DNA of 64,000 bases. Origin: Atopobiaceae bacterium UBA1367 (lineage in GTDB: Bacteria > Actinomycetota > Coriobacteriia > Coriobacteriales > Atopobiaceae). The notes under the pieces are model-generated. The model was not told the origin of the DNA. It was given only the letters and a program-made list of their open reading frames with translations, and did no database searches. Positions 47,132 through 56,559 of this stretch are shown here, piece after piece. The DNA is taken from the NCBI GenBank assembly GCA_002305995.1, contig DBRN01000011.1, forward strand, positions 93,628-157,627. Direction: 5' to 3'. Numbering within the stretch: position 1 is the stretch's first letter; each line of letters opens with the position of its first letter. Made by a program: the position numbers and the translations under genes.

Positions 47132-47980
47132 ATGATCAAGCTTGTGCTCTCCGACATGGACGACACGCTGCTGCCCAAGGGGCGGCCGCACGTGTCGTAC
47201 CGGTGCATCACGGCCATTCGTGACCTGCTCGACCTGGGCGTGCGCTTTGGGCCGGCAACCGGGCGTGACGCCTTCGAGCTCGATCACATGTTCTTTGGCG
47301 CGCGCGACTGCTATGGCACGGGCATCGTGGCAAGCGGCAAGCGCGTGTATGTGGATGGCGAGCTGCGACGTCATGCGCTGATCGACAACGGTGCCCTCTG
47401 TGTCCTGGCCGACATGCTGTCGGGCATCCCCAATGCCTTCCTCACGGTAAACGCGTTCGACAACCCCCGTGGCATGAGGCCGTACTGGTGCATCGGGGCA
47501 CGTCGGGGCGACATGGCATGGTTCGAGGGCTACATCGGCTTCACGGGCGAGTCGCTGGACGCGGTGCCCGATCTCGAGCTGATATCAGCCACCATCGCAT
47601 GCACGGGCTCACAGGAGCAGCTCGACGACATCCTCGCACGCGCACGGGAGCTGGTCCCGTGCTTTGACTACGTGCAGCCCACCGGACACTGGGCGGACAT
47701 CCTGCCAGCTGGCCTCAACAAGGGAACCGCGCTGCCGATGCTGCTGGACGAGCTGGGCGTCGGTGCCGATGAGGTGCTGTTCTTCGGTGATGCCGACAAT
47801 GACCTGGTGCTCATGGGCGCGGTCGAGCACTCGGTCGCCGTGGGCAACGCGACGCCGGCGGCCGCGGCGGCCGCGCGCTGGCACATCGGGGAGAGTGCCG
47901 ACGAGGCGGTGACACAGGCGCTTGAGGAGCTGGCGGCCGGCCTGCGCGAGGATCGGATGCCGCGCTTCATGCGAGGGTAG
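47132..47980 (+). CDS. Cof-type HAD-IIB phosphatase
   Basis: LVLSDMDDTLL, GPATGR and FFGDADNDLVLM motifs. The start MIKLVL is preceded by GGGGAG. Confidence 0.88.
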   Translation: MIKLVLSDMDDTLLPKGRPHVSYRCITAIRDLLDLGVRFGPATGRDAFELDHMFFGARDCYGTGIVASGKRVYVDGELRRHALIDNGALCVLADMLSGIPNAFLTVNAFDNPRGMRPYWCIGARRGDMAWFEGYIGFTGESLDAVPDLELISATIACTGSQEQLDDILARARELVPCFDYVQPTGHWADILPAGLNKGTALPMLLDELGVGADEVLFFGDADNDLVLMGAVEHSVAVGNATPAAAAAARWHIGESADEAVTQALEELAAGLREDRMPRFMRG

Positions 47981-47993
47981 CGCTTGCGCGAGG

Positions 47994-48620
47994 CTATCGT
48001 CCGCGCACCCTTGCCCAGAACCTGGTGGAGAGGCTGGCCCTATGGGTGGTGCCGGTGCGGATGCCACGCAGCTTGGAGCCATGGGCAACGCAGGTGAGCA
48101 CCACGAACGCGATGCTCACGGCGGCGCAGTCCCAAGGGAGGACGAAGGGGGCGGCGAGGGCGTAGGCGCAGATGGCGGCGACGGCGGCCACGCTCAGGTA
48201 GCCGGAGCAGATGATGGTGACCACGCCCACCACGCCCGCGAGCGCGCCGAGCGCGGGCTTCATGAGCACGACGGTGGAGGCGATGGTCGCCACCCCCTTG
48301 CCGCCCCTGAGGTCGTGCCAGAAGGGGTAGATGTGCCCGACCGTGGCACCGAGTCCGGTCCATGCGGTGCTGGCCTGCCAGCCAAGCTGTGGGAGCATGC
48401 GGCTCATGATGAGCACAGGGACCAGCGTCTTGAGGATGTCGCCCGCAAGGCAGGCAAGTGCCGCCGGCATGCCCAGCTCGTGGCCGACGTTGGCCATCCC
48501 CGGATTTCCGTCGCCCATCTCGAAGACCGAACGCCCAGCCACCCTGCGGGTGACGACCTCTGCCGTGAGCATCGATCCGCACAGATATCCAACCGACAGG
48601 CAGGCAAGGCGTGCGACCAT
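47994..48620 (-). CDS. plsY: glycerol-3-phosphate acyltransferase (acyl-phosphate dependent)
   Basis: GYLCGS, GDGNPGMANV and GHIYPFWHDLRGGKGVAT motifs. About 208 aa and polytopic. Confidence 0.9.
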   Translation of the reverse strand: MVARLACLSVGYLCGSMLTAEVVTRRVAGRSVFEMGDGNPGMANVGHELGMPAALACLAGDILKTLVPVLIMSRMLPQLGWQASTAWTGLGATVGHIYPFWHDLRGGKGVATIASTVVLMKPALGALAGVVGVVTIICSGYLSVAAVAAICAYALAAPFVLPWDCAAVSIAFVVLTCVAHGSKLRGIRTGTTHRASLSTRFWARVRGR

Positions 48621-48779
48621 GTGACCCCCAAGACCAACGCGAGCGCTCCGACGTGCAGAAGTATACCGCCCCCCGTCATGCCAGGAGGTTGGCGTGACAA
48701 AGGGGCCGGGCCGAGGGAGCGCTCCTGCCACCTCGGCCCGGCCCTTGCCGTCGATCTCGGTCGGTATGTCTAGCAGCTT

Positions 48780-50309
48780 CTAGCAGACGTTCAGGAACTC
48801 GAAGCGGCCCATCTCGTAGGCGTAGGTCTCTGCGGCCTTGAAGGTGGATGTGACGTTGAGATCGGTGATCTCCTGAGGCCACCAGCGGGTGGACATGGTG
48901 TACTCGCCGCCGTTGACGTAGATCTCGATGGCCGAGGTATCGATGACCATGCGAACGTCCTCGAGCCTGCCGGCGGAGAGCTCGGCGAGCGGTAGGCGGC
49001 GCACGGTGCGGTAGCCACCGGCAATGCCCTTGAAGCTCAGCTCGACCATGTCGCCTATCACGGCGAGCTCGAGGTCGGCGTTGAGCAGGATGCGCCCCTC
49101 GCCCTCGATGCCCTTCAGGCGCACGTCGGCGGTGCCGTTGGCAAACGCGGCGCCGATGGCACCCTCGATGTCGAAGGCATCGTAGTCGGAGGTGCCCAGC
49201 TTGCCGTTGGAGTCCTTGGCTCCCTCGGCGGTGAAGTCGATGCGCGCGCCGCGCAGGGCGTCGTACTCCTCGCAGGGCCACTGGCAGATCCTGCCGGCGT
49301 CGTTGAGCGAGAGCTCGCGCAGCCAGGTGAGGGTGTGCAGCCACTCGTAGGTGGGCACCTGGTACTGCATCTCGATGTCGGGCAGGCCCATCCAGCCCAC
49401 CAGGATCTGGCGACCCCTCTCGTCGGTGAAGACCTGCGGCGCATAGAAGTCGAAGCCGTAGTCCAGCTCGACGAAGGTGTCCTCGTCGATGCAGCCGTAG
49501 GGGGCGGCGGCATCCATGAGCTCCCTGTCTCCGGAGAGCAGGTCGACGACCGTCCCCTCCACGGGAAAGTAGCCGCTGTTGAAGTTGTTCTGGAACTTGG
49601 TCAGGCGGCTGGGAACGCCCTGCGGGCACACGAAGAAGAACTCCCTGCCACCCAACGTGACGATATTGGGGCACTCCCACATGTAGCCGAAGGGCTTTCC
49701 GCTGATGGTGGTGCAGGATCCGGCGAGCTGCCAGTCGCTGACGCCATCGGGACTCTGGTAGAGGAGCATGGCGGGATGGTCGTCCATGGTGCGGGCGCCC
49801 AGCAGCATGTTCCAGGTGTCGTTCTGCCACCAGACCTTGGGGTCGCGCACATGGCAGCTGCAGTAGCTGGGATAGCCGTCGTTGCCCAGGACGAGCCTGC
49901 GGTCGGAGAAGGTGCGCCCGTCCTTGGAGATGACGAGCGTCTCGTTTGCCTGGCGGCCGTCGTAGTCGTAGTTGTGCTCGCCCGGCTCCAGCACGTTGCC
50001 GGTGTAGTAGCACCACATCTCGTCATCGCGCACCACGGCGGAGCCGGAGTAGGAGCCGTTCTTGTCGAGCTCCATCTCGGGAATGATGGCCCCGCGATGG
50101 AACTCCCAGCTGATCAGGTCGCGACTGGTCCAGTGGCCCCAGCCATGGCCGGGCCACGGCCAGCGCGGCGCGTACTGGTGGAAGATGTGGTACTCGCCCC
50201 TGAACTGGCAGAGGCCGTTGGGATCGGAGAGCCAGCCCACCGCGGTCTGCAGGTGAAAGCCAAGCCTCCAGTTGTGCTGACGGTAGTCGAGGTTGACGTG
50301 CATTTGCAT
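48780..50309 (-). CDS. scrB: sucrose-6-phosphate hydrolase (GH32)
   Basis: WLSDPNGLCQFRGEYHIFHQY (nucleophile NDPNG-type motif), RDPKV and WECP motifs. It is adjacent to the fructokinase and PTS genes. Confidence 0.88.
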   Translation of the reverse strand: MQMHVNLDYRQHNWRLGFHLQTAVGWLSDPNGLCQFRGEYHIFHQYAPRWPWPGHGWGHWTSRDLISWEFHRGAIIPEMELDKNGSYSGSAVVRDDEMWCYYTGNVLEPGEHNYDYDGRQANETLVISKDGRTFSDRRLVLGNDGYPSYCSCHVRDPKVWWQNDTWNMLLGARTMDDHPAMLLYQSPDGVSDWQLAGSCTTISGKPFGYMWECPNIVTLGGREFFFVCPQGVPSRLTKFQNNFNSGYFPVEGTVVDLLSGDRELMDAAAPYGCIDEDTFVELDYGFDFYAPQVFTDERGRQILVGWMGLPDIEMQYQVPTYEWLHTLTWLRELSLNDAGRICQWPCEEYDALRGARIDFTAEGAKDSNGKLGTSDYDAFDIEGAIGAAFANGTADVRLKGIEGEGRILLNADLELAVIGDMVELSFKGIAGGYRTVRRLPLAELSAGRLEDVRMVIDTSAIEIYVNGGEYTMSTRWWPQEITDLNVTSTFKAAETYAYEMGRFEFLNVC

Positions 50310-50384
50310 GGGTGGGACCTTCCCTTCTCTGCGGGCGATGAGAGGCCCCGCCGACCTGATGCGGGCGGGCGGGGCCACATGTGC

Positions 50385-51353
50385 CTATCGCTGGTCCTCG
50401 CGGGAGGCGAGCACCTCCTCGACGTCACTGCGCTCGGGCATGGCGGGAATGGCGCCGCGGTTGCGCACGCACAGCGAGGCGACGGCGTTGCCGAAGCGCA
50501 CGAACGATGCGGCGCGGTCGATGGAGACCAGCTGCGGCTTGAGGCCGCTCTCGCAGAAGGCGCAGAGGAAGCCGCCCCAGAAGGAGTCGCCGGCGCCGGT
50601 GGTGTCCACGGCGTCGACGCGGAAGCTCGGCACCATGAGGGAACCGTCCTTGGTGGCCACGAAGGCGCCCTCGGCGTCGAGCGTGACGACGACGACGCTG
50701 GCACCCTGGTCGAGCAGGGCCGCGGCCGCGGCTGCGGGGTCGTCGAGGTCGGTCATGAGCGCGCACTCCTCGGCGCTGATCTTGATGAGGTCCATGTACG
50801 TGACGAGGGAACGCATCTGCTCGGCGGCCGCCTCGGCGCTGGGCCACAGGGAGTCGCGATAGTTGGGGTCGTAGGACATCACGCACCCGGCCTCCTTGGC
50901 GGCCTTGAGTGCTGCGATGGTGGTGGAGCGGGCGGGCTCGTCGGTGAGGGAGAGCGAGCCCACGTGGAAGACCCTGCTGTCCTTGATGATGTCGAGGGGC
51001 AGGTCCTCGGGCTTGAGCTGGGTGTCGGCGCCGGGCTTGCGCGCGAAGGAGAAGGAGCGATCCCCCTGCTCGTCGAGGGCCACGAAGGCCAGCGTGGTGA
51101 AGAAGTCGGGATCGGAGATGAGGCCCGTGCAGTCGATGCCGTTGGCCTCGAGCGTCTCACGGAGGAAGTCCCCGTGCATGTCCTTGCCCACCTTGCCGAT
51201 GAAGGCGACGTCGTGGCCAAGCTTCTTGAGGGCGACGAGCACGTTCGCGGGTGCTCCGCCGGGGTTGCGCTCAAACAGCTTCTGGCCGCTGGGGGAGATG
51301 CCAGCGTCCGTGAAGTCGATCAGCACCTCGCCAAGTGCGGTAACGGAAGTCAT
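50385..51353 (-). CDS. scrK: fructokinase (PfkB family)
   Basis: ALGEVLIDF, GGAPANV and TTGAGDSFWGGF (PfkB signature) motifs. The start MTSVTALG is preceded by AAGGAG. Confidence 0.88.
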   Translation of the reverse strand: MTSVTALGEVLIDFTDAGISPSGQKLFERNPGGAPANVLVALKKLGHDVAFIGKVGKDMHGDFLRETLEANGIDCTGLISDPDFFTTLAFVALDEQGDRSFSFARKPGADTQLKPEDLPLDIIKDSRVFHVGSLSLTDEPARSTTIAALKAAKEAGCVMSYDPNYRDSLWPSAEAAAEQMRSLVTYMDLIKISAEECALMTDLDDPAAAAAALLDQGASVVVVTLDAEGAFVATKDGSLMVPSFRVDAVDTTGAGDSFWGGFLCAFCESGLKPQLVSIDRAASFVRFGNAVASLCVRNRGAIPAMPERSDVEEVLASREDQR

Positions 51354-51370
51354 CACGGGCTCCTTTCGAT

Positions 51371-51385
51371 GGGAACGATTCCACA
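51371..51385 (-). promoter_or_regulatory. candidate LacI-family (ScrR) operator, site 3
   Basis: The minus strand reads TGTGGAATCGTTCCC, 18-32 nt upstream of the scrK start. The same 13-15-nt motif occurs at 53684 and 58121. Confidence 0.35.
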
Positions 51386-51570
51386 TGCATAGCTAGGAGC
51401 ATACGCCATGTCCGCGCATGACAGGCGGACGGGCTTGCGACCGCCTGCATTCGCTAGGTGAGGGGAGGACAGCGGGCGCTTCCCAACGCGCTCGGCTCCC
51501 AACAGAGGGCGGGCGGTCGCTTGCGCGACCGCCCGCCGGTGGTACCCGTTGTGGTGCTGTGCGACCGAGG

Positions 51571-53601
51571 CTACTTGGTCACGGTGACGAGCTTCTCGCC
51601 GGCCTTGACCGTGCCGATGACGGGGGTCACGGAGGCATAGTCGTCGGTGTTGGTGACGACCACCATGGTGGCCGTGGGCTTGCCCGCGGCGGCGATCTCG
51701 TCGAGGTCAGCGGTGATCAGGAGGTCGCCGGCCTTGACCTTGTCGCCAGCGGCGATGTGGGCCTCGAAGGGCTTGCCCTCGAGCTGGACGGTGTCGACGC
51801 CGATGTGGATCAGGATCTCGGTGCCGTCGTCGGAGAGCAGGCCGATGGCGTGCTTGGTGTCGAACAGCATGGTGACGGTGCCGTCGACGGGGGAGTAGCA
51901 CTCGCCGGCGGTCGGCTCGACCACGGCGCCGTTGCCCATCGCCAGGGAGGCGAAGACGGCGTCGGGGGCGTCGGCCATGGCGATGACGTTGCCGGCCATG
52001 GGGCTGGCGAGAACGCCGGCCTCGGCAATGGCGTCGACCTTGGTGGGGGCTGCGGGAGCGGCGGCCTTGGCGGCCTCGCGGGCAGCGGCGGCCTTGGTCT
52101 TCTCGTCGTCAGCGTAGAGGACCGCGGTGACCGCGAAGGACACGGCGAAGGCTGCGGCGACGACGATGGTGTACTTGAGGGCGTCGGCGGTGATCAGGTA
52201 GCCGAAGACGCCGGTGATGCCGTAGGCGATGGAGTACAGGCCCATGAAGGACGACAGGGCACCGCCAACTGCCGCGCCGCAGATGGCGCCGATGAACGGC
52301 TTGAGGGCGGGCAGGTTCACGCCGTAGATGGCCGGCTCGGTGATGCCGAGCAGCGAGGAGAGGCCGGAGGGAAGGGCGAGGCCCTTCTTCTTCGCGGAGG
52401 CGGTCTTCATGAAGACGGCGAAGCAGGCGGCGCCCTGCGCGACGTTGGCGGCAGAGATGATGGGGTTGAAGGCGTCGGCGCCCTGCGCGACCAGGCTGGC
52501 CTCAAGCGCGTTGAACATGTGGTGCACGCCAAGAACGACGGTCAGCGGGTAGATCGCGCCTGCCAGCGCGCCTCCCAACCCGAACGGGATGGCAAGCAGG
52601 AACTGGAAGAAGCGCATGACGTACTCTTCGAGCATCGAGAAGATGGGGCCGATGAACATCATGGTCGCAAGACCGGTGACGAGCACGGTGGTGAGCGGGG
52701 TCACGAAGAGGTCGAGCATGTCGGGCACATGGGCATGCAGCCACTTCTCCAGCTGGCACATCAGGAACACGGCGACCACCACGGGGATGACGTGGCCCTG
52801 ATAGCCCTGCAGCGTGACGTTGAGGAACCCGAGGAGCTGAACCTGCGGGATGCCGCCGGCGGCGGTGATGGCGCCCTGGCTGGCCTCGGCGGCGGTGGTG
52901 GCGGTGCCGGTTATCTTGGTGATGAAGTCGGCAGCGGCGGGCGACCCGATGACCTGGTAGGCGTTGTAGCCGCCCTTCTCGGCAGCATCGACGAGGCCGG
53001 GGATGCTCCAGGCGTTCATGAGGCTGGTGTGGTTCATGATCATGCCGATGACGCCACCGAGGAACTCGTTGCCACCGAAGACACGGGCGGCCGAGAAGCC
53101 GATGAGGATCTGCAGGAACACGAACGAGGCGTTGGAGAAGTTGTGGATGAGGATCCACCAGCTGTTCATCTGAAGCGAGTTGCCCATGGCGTTGTCGATG
53201 CCCTCGGTCAGGCCCATGAGCAGACCGGAGGCGACGATGGCCGGGATGATGGGGACGAAGACGTCGCCGAGAGCCTTGGTGGCACGCTGGATGGGGTTGC
53301 CCTTGGCGGCCGCGGCGGCCTTGGCGTCGTCGGTGGAGCCAGCGGCGATGTTGCCCTGCGCGCAGAACTCCTCGTAGACCTTGTTGACGGTGCCAGTTCC
53401 GTAGATGACCTGGAGCTGGCCGGCTGCCTGGAAGTTGCCCTTGACGAGCGCGGCATCCTCGACGGCATCCATGTTCACCTTCGCGTCGTCGGCGATGACG
53501 ATGCGCAGGCGCGTTGCGCAGTGGGCTGCCGAGACGACGTTCTCGGGGCCACCCACGGCGGCAAGGATATCCTTGGCTGCTTGTGCGTGTTCAGAAGCCA
53601 T
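51571..53601 (-). CDS. scrA: PTS sucrose-family transporter, EIIBCA
   Basis: N-terminal EIIB (AAHCATRLR phospho-Cys motif), a polytopic EIIC, and a C-terminal EIIA-Glc domain (HAIGLLSDDGTEILIHIGVDTV). The start MASEHAQ is preceded by GAGGAGGG. Confidence 0.9.
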   Translation of the reverse strand: MASEHAQAAKDILAAVGGPENVVSAAHCATRLRIVIADDAKVNMDAVEDAALVKGNFQAAGQLQVIYGTGTVNKVYEEFCAQGNIAAGSTDDAKAAAAAKGNPIQRATKALGDVFVPIIPAIVASGLLMGLTEGIDNAMGNSLQMNSWWILIHNFSNASFVFLQILIGFSAARVFGGNEFLGGVIGMIMNHTSLMNAWSIPGLVDAAEKGGYNAYQVIGSPAAADFITKITGTATTAAEASQGAITAAGGIPQVQLLGFLNVTLQGYQGHVIPVVVAVFLMCQLEKWLHAHVPDMLDLFVTPLTTVLVTGLATMMFIGPIFSMLEEYVMRFFQFLLAIPFGLGGALAGAIYPLTVVLGVHHMFNALEASLVAQGADAFNPIISAANVAQGAACFAVFMKTASAKKKGLALPSGLSSLLGITEPAIYGVNLPALKPFIGAICGAAVGGALSSFMGLYSIAYGITGVFGYLITADALKYTIVVAAAFAVSFAVTAVLYADDEKTKAAAAREAAKAAAPAAPTKVDAIAEAGVLASPMAGNVIAMADAPDAVFASLAMGNGAVVEPTAGECYSPVDGTVTMLFDTKHAIGLLSDDGTEILIHIGVDTVQLEGKPFEAHIAAGDKVKAGDLLITADLDEIAAAGKPTATMVVVTNTDDYASVTPVIGTVKAGEKLVTVTK

Positions 53602-53683
53602 AGAACCCTCCTCTTTCGTGTTTGTTCCTACCGTTTCCACAGAACCTGTCCATGAGCGACATCACGGCTTGCAGCCAGACAAG

Positions 53684-53699
53684 CTGTGAAATCGTTCTC
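53684..53699. promoter_or_regulatory. candidate LacI-family (ScrR) operator, site 1
   Basis: TGTGAAATCGTTCTCA is pseudo-palindromic around the central CG. It lies 83-98 nt upstream of the scrA start. Confidence 0.35.
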
Positions 53700-53896
53700 A
53701 TACGCACAGATTCTAGCGTCTTTTGAAGGATACGTGAACGAGAAATGGCAAATAGATGGAGAACGGCGGCGTTTTTCGTGTGACAGTCCGGAAAGTGCGC
53801 CAAAGTCGACCTGCCCACGCCCCAAGAGGCCCGTGCGCAGCCATCAAGGGAGGCGCTACGGTGTCTCGTGCGCCCCCGTCTCGGCAGACCGCCGCG

Positions 53897-54880
53897 TCAC
53901 CGCGTGGAGTTTCGACCGTAGATCTCGTAGCCCATCTTGAGTTCGCGCGGTATCTCGTCCCCGCCGTCCATGGCGGCTACGAGCATCTTCGCTGCCTCCC
54001 TGCCGCTGGTCTTGTAGAAGAGGTGGGCGGAGGTCAGCGAGGGCACGAGGATCCTCGAGAGCTCTGAGTCGCCTATGCCGGTGACCTGCACCTCGTCCGG
54101 CACGCGGTGGCCATACTCGGCGAGGCAGGTGATTGCGCCGAAGGCTATGTCGTCGGTCGCGCAGGAGATGGTGTCGATGTCGGGCACGGTGTCCATGAGC
54201 TGCTCGCAGCAGAGATAGCCGGACTCCACGGTGAAGTCGCCGATGACCTGTGCCTCTGGCAGGGGGGTGATCCCTGCGGCGCGGCAGGCGTCCGTGAAGC
54301 CTCGGTGACGCATCTCTCCCGCGGCGATGTCGTCGGGGAGCACGCCGATGTAGGCCGGCTGGCGGCACGAGCGCAACGCGAACCGGGAGACCTCGAAGGA
54401 GGCGCGGTAGTCGTCATGGTACACGCAGTTGTACCCCTCGAGATCCTGCCCCAGGATGACGAGGGGGGTGGTGAGCGCCCTCATGACCTTGAGGTGCTCG
54501 CTCGTGATGACCGTGGCCATGAAGATGATGCCGTCGACACGGTTCTGGTCGGCAAAGAGCCGTAGGTACCTGAGCTCCTCGTCGGGACTGTTGTTGGTGT
54601 TGGCGAGCAGCATCTGGTAGTCGGTGCCGACGAAGCCCTCGGTGATTCCCGCGACCATGCGGGCGACCGACTGGGAGTTGATCTTGGGAATGATGACGCC
54701 CACGAGGTTGGTCTTGCCGGTGCGCAGCTGCTGGGCTGACTGCGACGGCACGTATCCCGTCTCCTGTATGACGCGGCTGATGAGCCGACGCTTCTCCTGG
54801 CTCACGTAGCCGTTGTTGAGGTAGCGCGAGACGGTGGCGCGCGAGACACCTGCGAGACGCGCGATTTCGTTGATGTCCAT
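53897..54880 (-). CDS. scrR: LacI-family transcriptional repressor (sucrose operon)
   Basis: The N-terminal HTH (MDINEIARLAGVSRATVSRYLNNGYVSQEKR) is followed by a periplasmic-binding-protein-like sugar-binding domain. Confidence 0.88.
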   Translation of the reverse strand: MDINEIARLAGVSRATVSRYLNNGYVSQEKRRLISRVIQETGYVPSQSAQQLRTGKTNLVGVIIPKINSQSVARMVAGITEGFVGTDYQMLLANTNNSPDEELRYLRLFADQNRVDGIIFMATVITSEHLKVMRALTTPLVILGQDLEGYNCVYHDDYRASFEVSRFALRSCRQPAYIGVLPDDIAAGEMRHRGFTDACRAAGITPLPEAQVIGDFTVESGYLCCEQLMDTVPDIDTISCATDDIAFGAITCLAEYGHRVPDEVQVTGIGDSELSRILVPSLTSAHLFYKTSGREAAKMLVAAMDGGDEIPRELKMGYEIYGRNSTR

Positions 54881-55068
54881 GGTGTGTCCTGCCGATGGTG
54901 TGTGCTCCCCCCTGCTCCATCCTACTGCGTTGGCGTGCCCTAGGGGTGTGCCAACGCACAAACAGCATGCCTTTGCAGGGCGAGCGCGGCCAGGCGCGAG
55001 AAATGGCGCGACCCCTGCATGGACGTGCGTCCATGCAGGGGTCGCCTCTTCTCGCGGGTTGGTGGTGG

Positions 55069-56490
55069 CTACGAGTGCGTGACCTCGTAGCTGTGATGGG
55101 CGAGGTCGGCGTCGAGCTGGGCCCAGGCCTCGCCGGAGCTGCGGCGGATGACCAGCTTGCCCTCGGCGGGGATGGTGACCTCCATGTCGCCCTCGACGTC
55201 GAAGGCGGGGTGCGCGTTGCGCAGCTCCATCAGGCGCACGAGCTCCCTGACCACCGGGCGCTCCACCTCCTGGGCGACCTCGGCCTTGGAGTAGTAGTGG
55301 CGGTTGATGTTGCGACCCTCCTTGGTGGACTCGAGCAGATCGATGTCGTTGGCGCCGGCGAGCAGGCCCACGTAGTAGACCATGGGGATGCCGGGCGCGA
55401 AGAACTGGATGGCGCGCGCCAGGTCGTAGGCATCGTCATCGTTGCCCAAGGCGCTGTAGTATGTGGTGTTCACCTGGTAGATGTCGAGGTTGTTGTAGGC
55501 CTCGGTGTTGTAGATCCGCTTGACGTTGGCTCCCTCGGAGAACATGCGCTCCTTGACCCAGTCTGTCTGATCGTCGGGAAGGAGGTCCTTGACGTCCACG
55601 ATGCCCAGGCCGTCATGGGTGTCGAGCGTGGTGAACTGGTGCTTGGGGCTCATCTCGAGCCAGCGCTTGAGGTAGGTGCCGTCGCCGGAGTACAGGGCGT
55701 GCAGGGTGAGCACGGGCAGCGCGAAGTCGTAGATCCAGTAGCCCATCTCGGAGACCTTCATCTGGATGGTGTAGTGCTCGTGGATCTCGGGCAGGATGGT
55801 GACGTCCGCGCCGAGGACGTCCTGCATGCCGTCGAGCAGCTCGGATGTCTCGGGCTGCACGAAGAAGCAGCTGGTGCCGGGCTTCTTGCAGGCGTAGGCG
55901 AAGGCGTCGAGGCGGATGATGGCGGCGTTGTTGTCGGCCATGGTGCGCAGGGTCTCGGCGAAGAACCTCTGGGCGCGCTCGGAGGCGACGTTGATGTCGA
56001 TCTGCTCCTCGCCGAAGGTGCACCAGACCTTCTCGGTGGTGCCGTCGGCAAACTCGGCCTCGACGTAGGGCGCGCGTGGCTTGCGCTTGTAGATGGCGTC
56101 GACCTGCTCGTCGGTGGGGAAGCCTCCCTCCGCGGCCCAGAAGTCCTTGTAGCGGATGAAGAAGTCGCTGAACTCGGAGTCGTCCTTCTTGGCCAGGAAG
56201 TCCTGGAAGTAGGGGGACTGCCGCGAGATGTGGTTGATCATGAAGTCGAACATGAGGTAGCGCTTCTCGCCGATCCTCTTGACGTCGTCCCAGGTGCCGA
56301 AGGCGGGATCAACGATGTCATAGCGCATGGGGGCAAAGCCGCGATCGGCCGACGAGGGGAAGAACGGCAGGATGTGGACGCCGCCGATAGCCTTCCCGAA
56401 GTGGGTGTCGAGCACCTCCTCGAGGTCGGCGAGGTTCTCCCCCAGGCTGTCGGCGTAGGTGATGAGCATGATCTTGTTGTCGAACTTCAT
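55069..56490 (-). CDS. gtfA: sucrose phosphorylase (GH13_18)
   Basis: IMLITYADSLG, GGVHILPFFPSSADRGFAP, IRLDAFAY and TLDTHDGLG motifs characteristic of sucrose phosphorylase. Confidence 0.92.
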   Translation of the reverse strand: MKFDNKIMLITYADSLGENLADLEEVLDTHFGKAIGGVHILPFFPSSADRGFAPMRYDIVDPAFGTWDDVKRIGEKRYLMFDFMINHISRQSPYFQDFLAKKDDSEFSDFFIRYKDFWAAEGGFPTDEQVDAIYKRKPRAPYVEAEFADGTTEKVWCTFGEEQIDINVASERAQRFFAETLRTMADNNAAIIRLDAFAYACKKPGTSCFFVQPETSELLDGMQDVLGADVTILPEIHEHYTIQMKVSEMGYWIYDFALPVLTLHALYSGDGTYLKRWLEMSPKHQFTTLDTHDGLGIVDVKDLLPDDQTDWVKERMFSEGANVKRIYNTEAYNNLDIYQVNTTYYSALGNDDDAYDLARAIQFFAPGIPMVYYVGLLAGANDIDLLESTKEGRNINRHYYSKAEVAQEVERPVVRELVRLMELRNAHPAFDVEGDMEVTIPAEGKLVIRRSSGEAWAQLDADLAHHSYEVTHS

Positions 56491-56522
56491 GTGCGGTCTC
56501 CAATCGATCGTCTTTGCGTGCT

Positions 56523-56546
56523 GGGGACGACATCCCCGTCGTCCCC
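56523..56546. terminator. hairpin between the GH32 and sucrose phosphorylase genes
   Basis: 9-bp stem GGGGACGAC / GTCGTCCCC with a 6-nt loop. No clear T-tract. Confidence 0.35.
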
Positions 56547-56559
56547 CTTGGTGCCGACG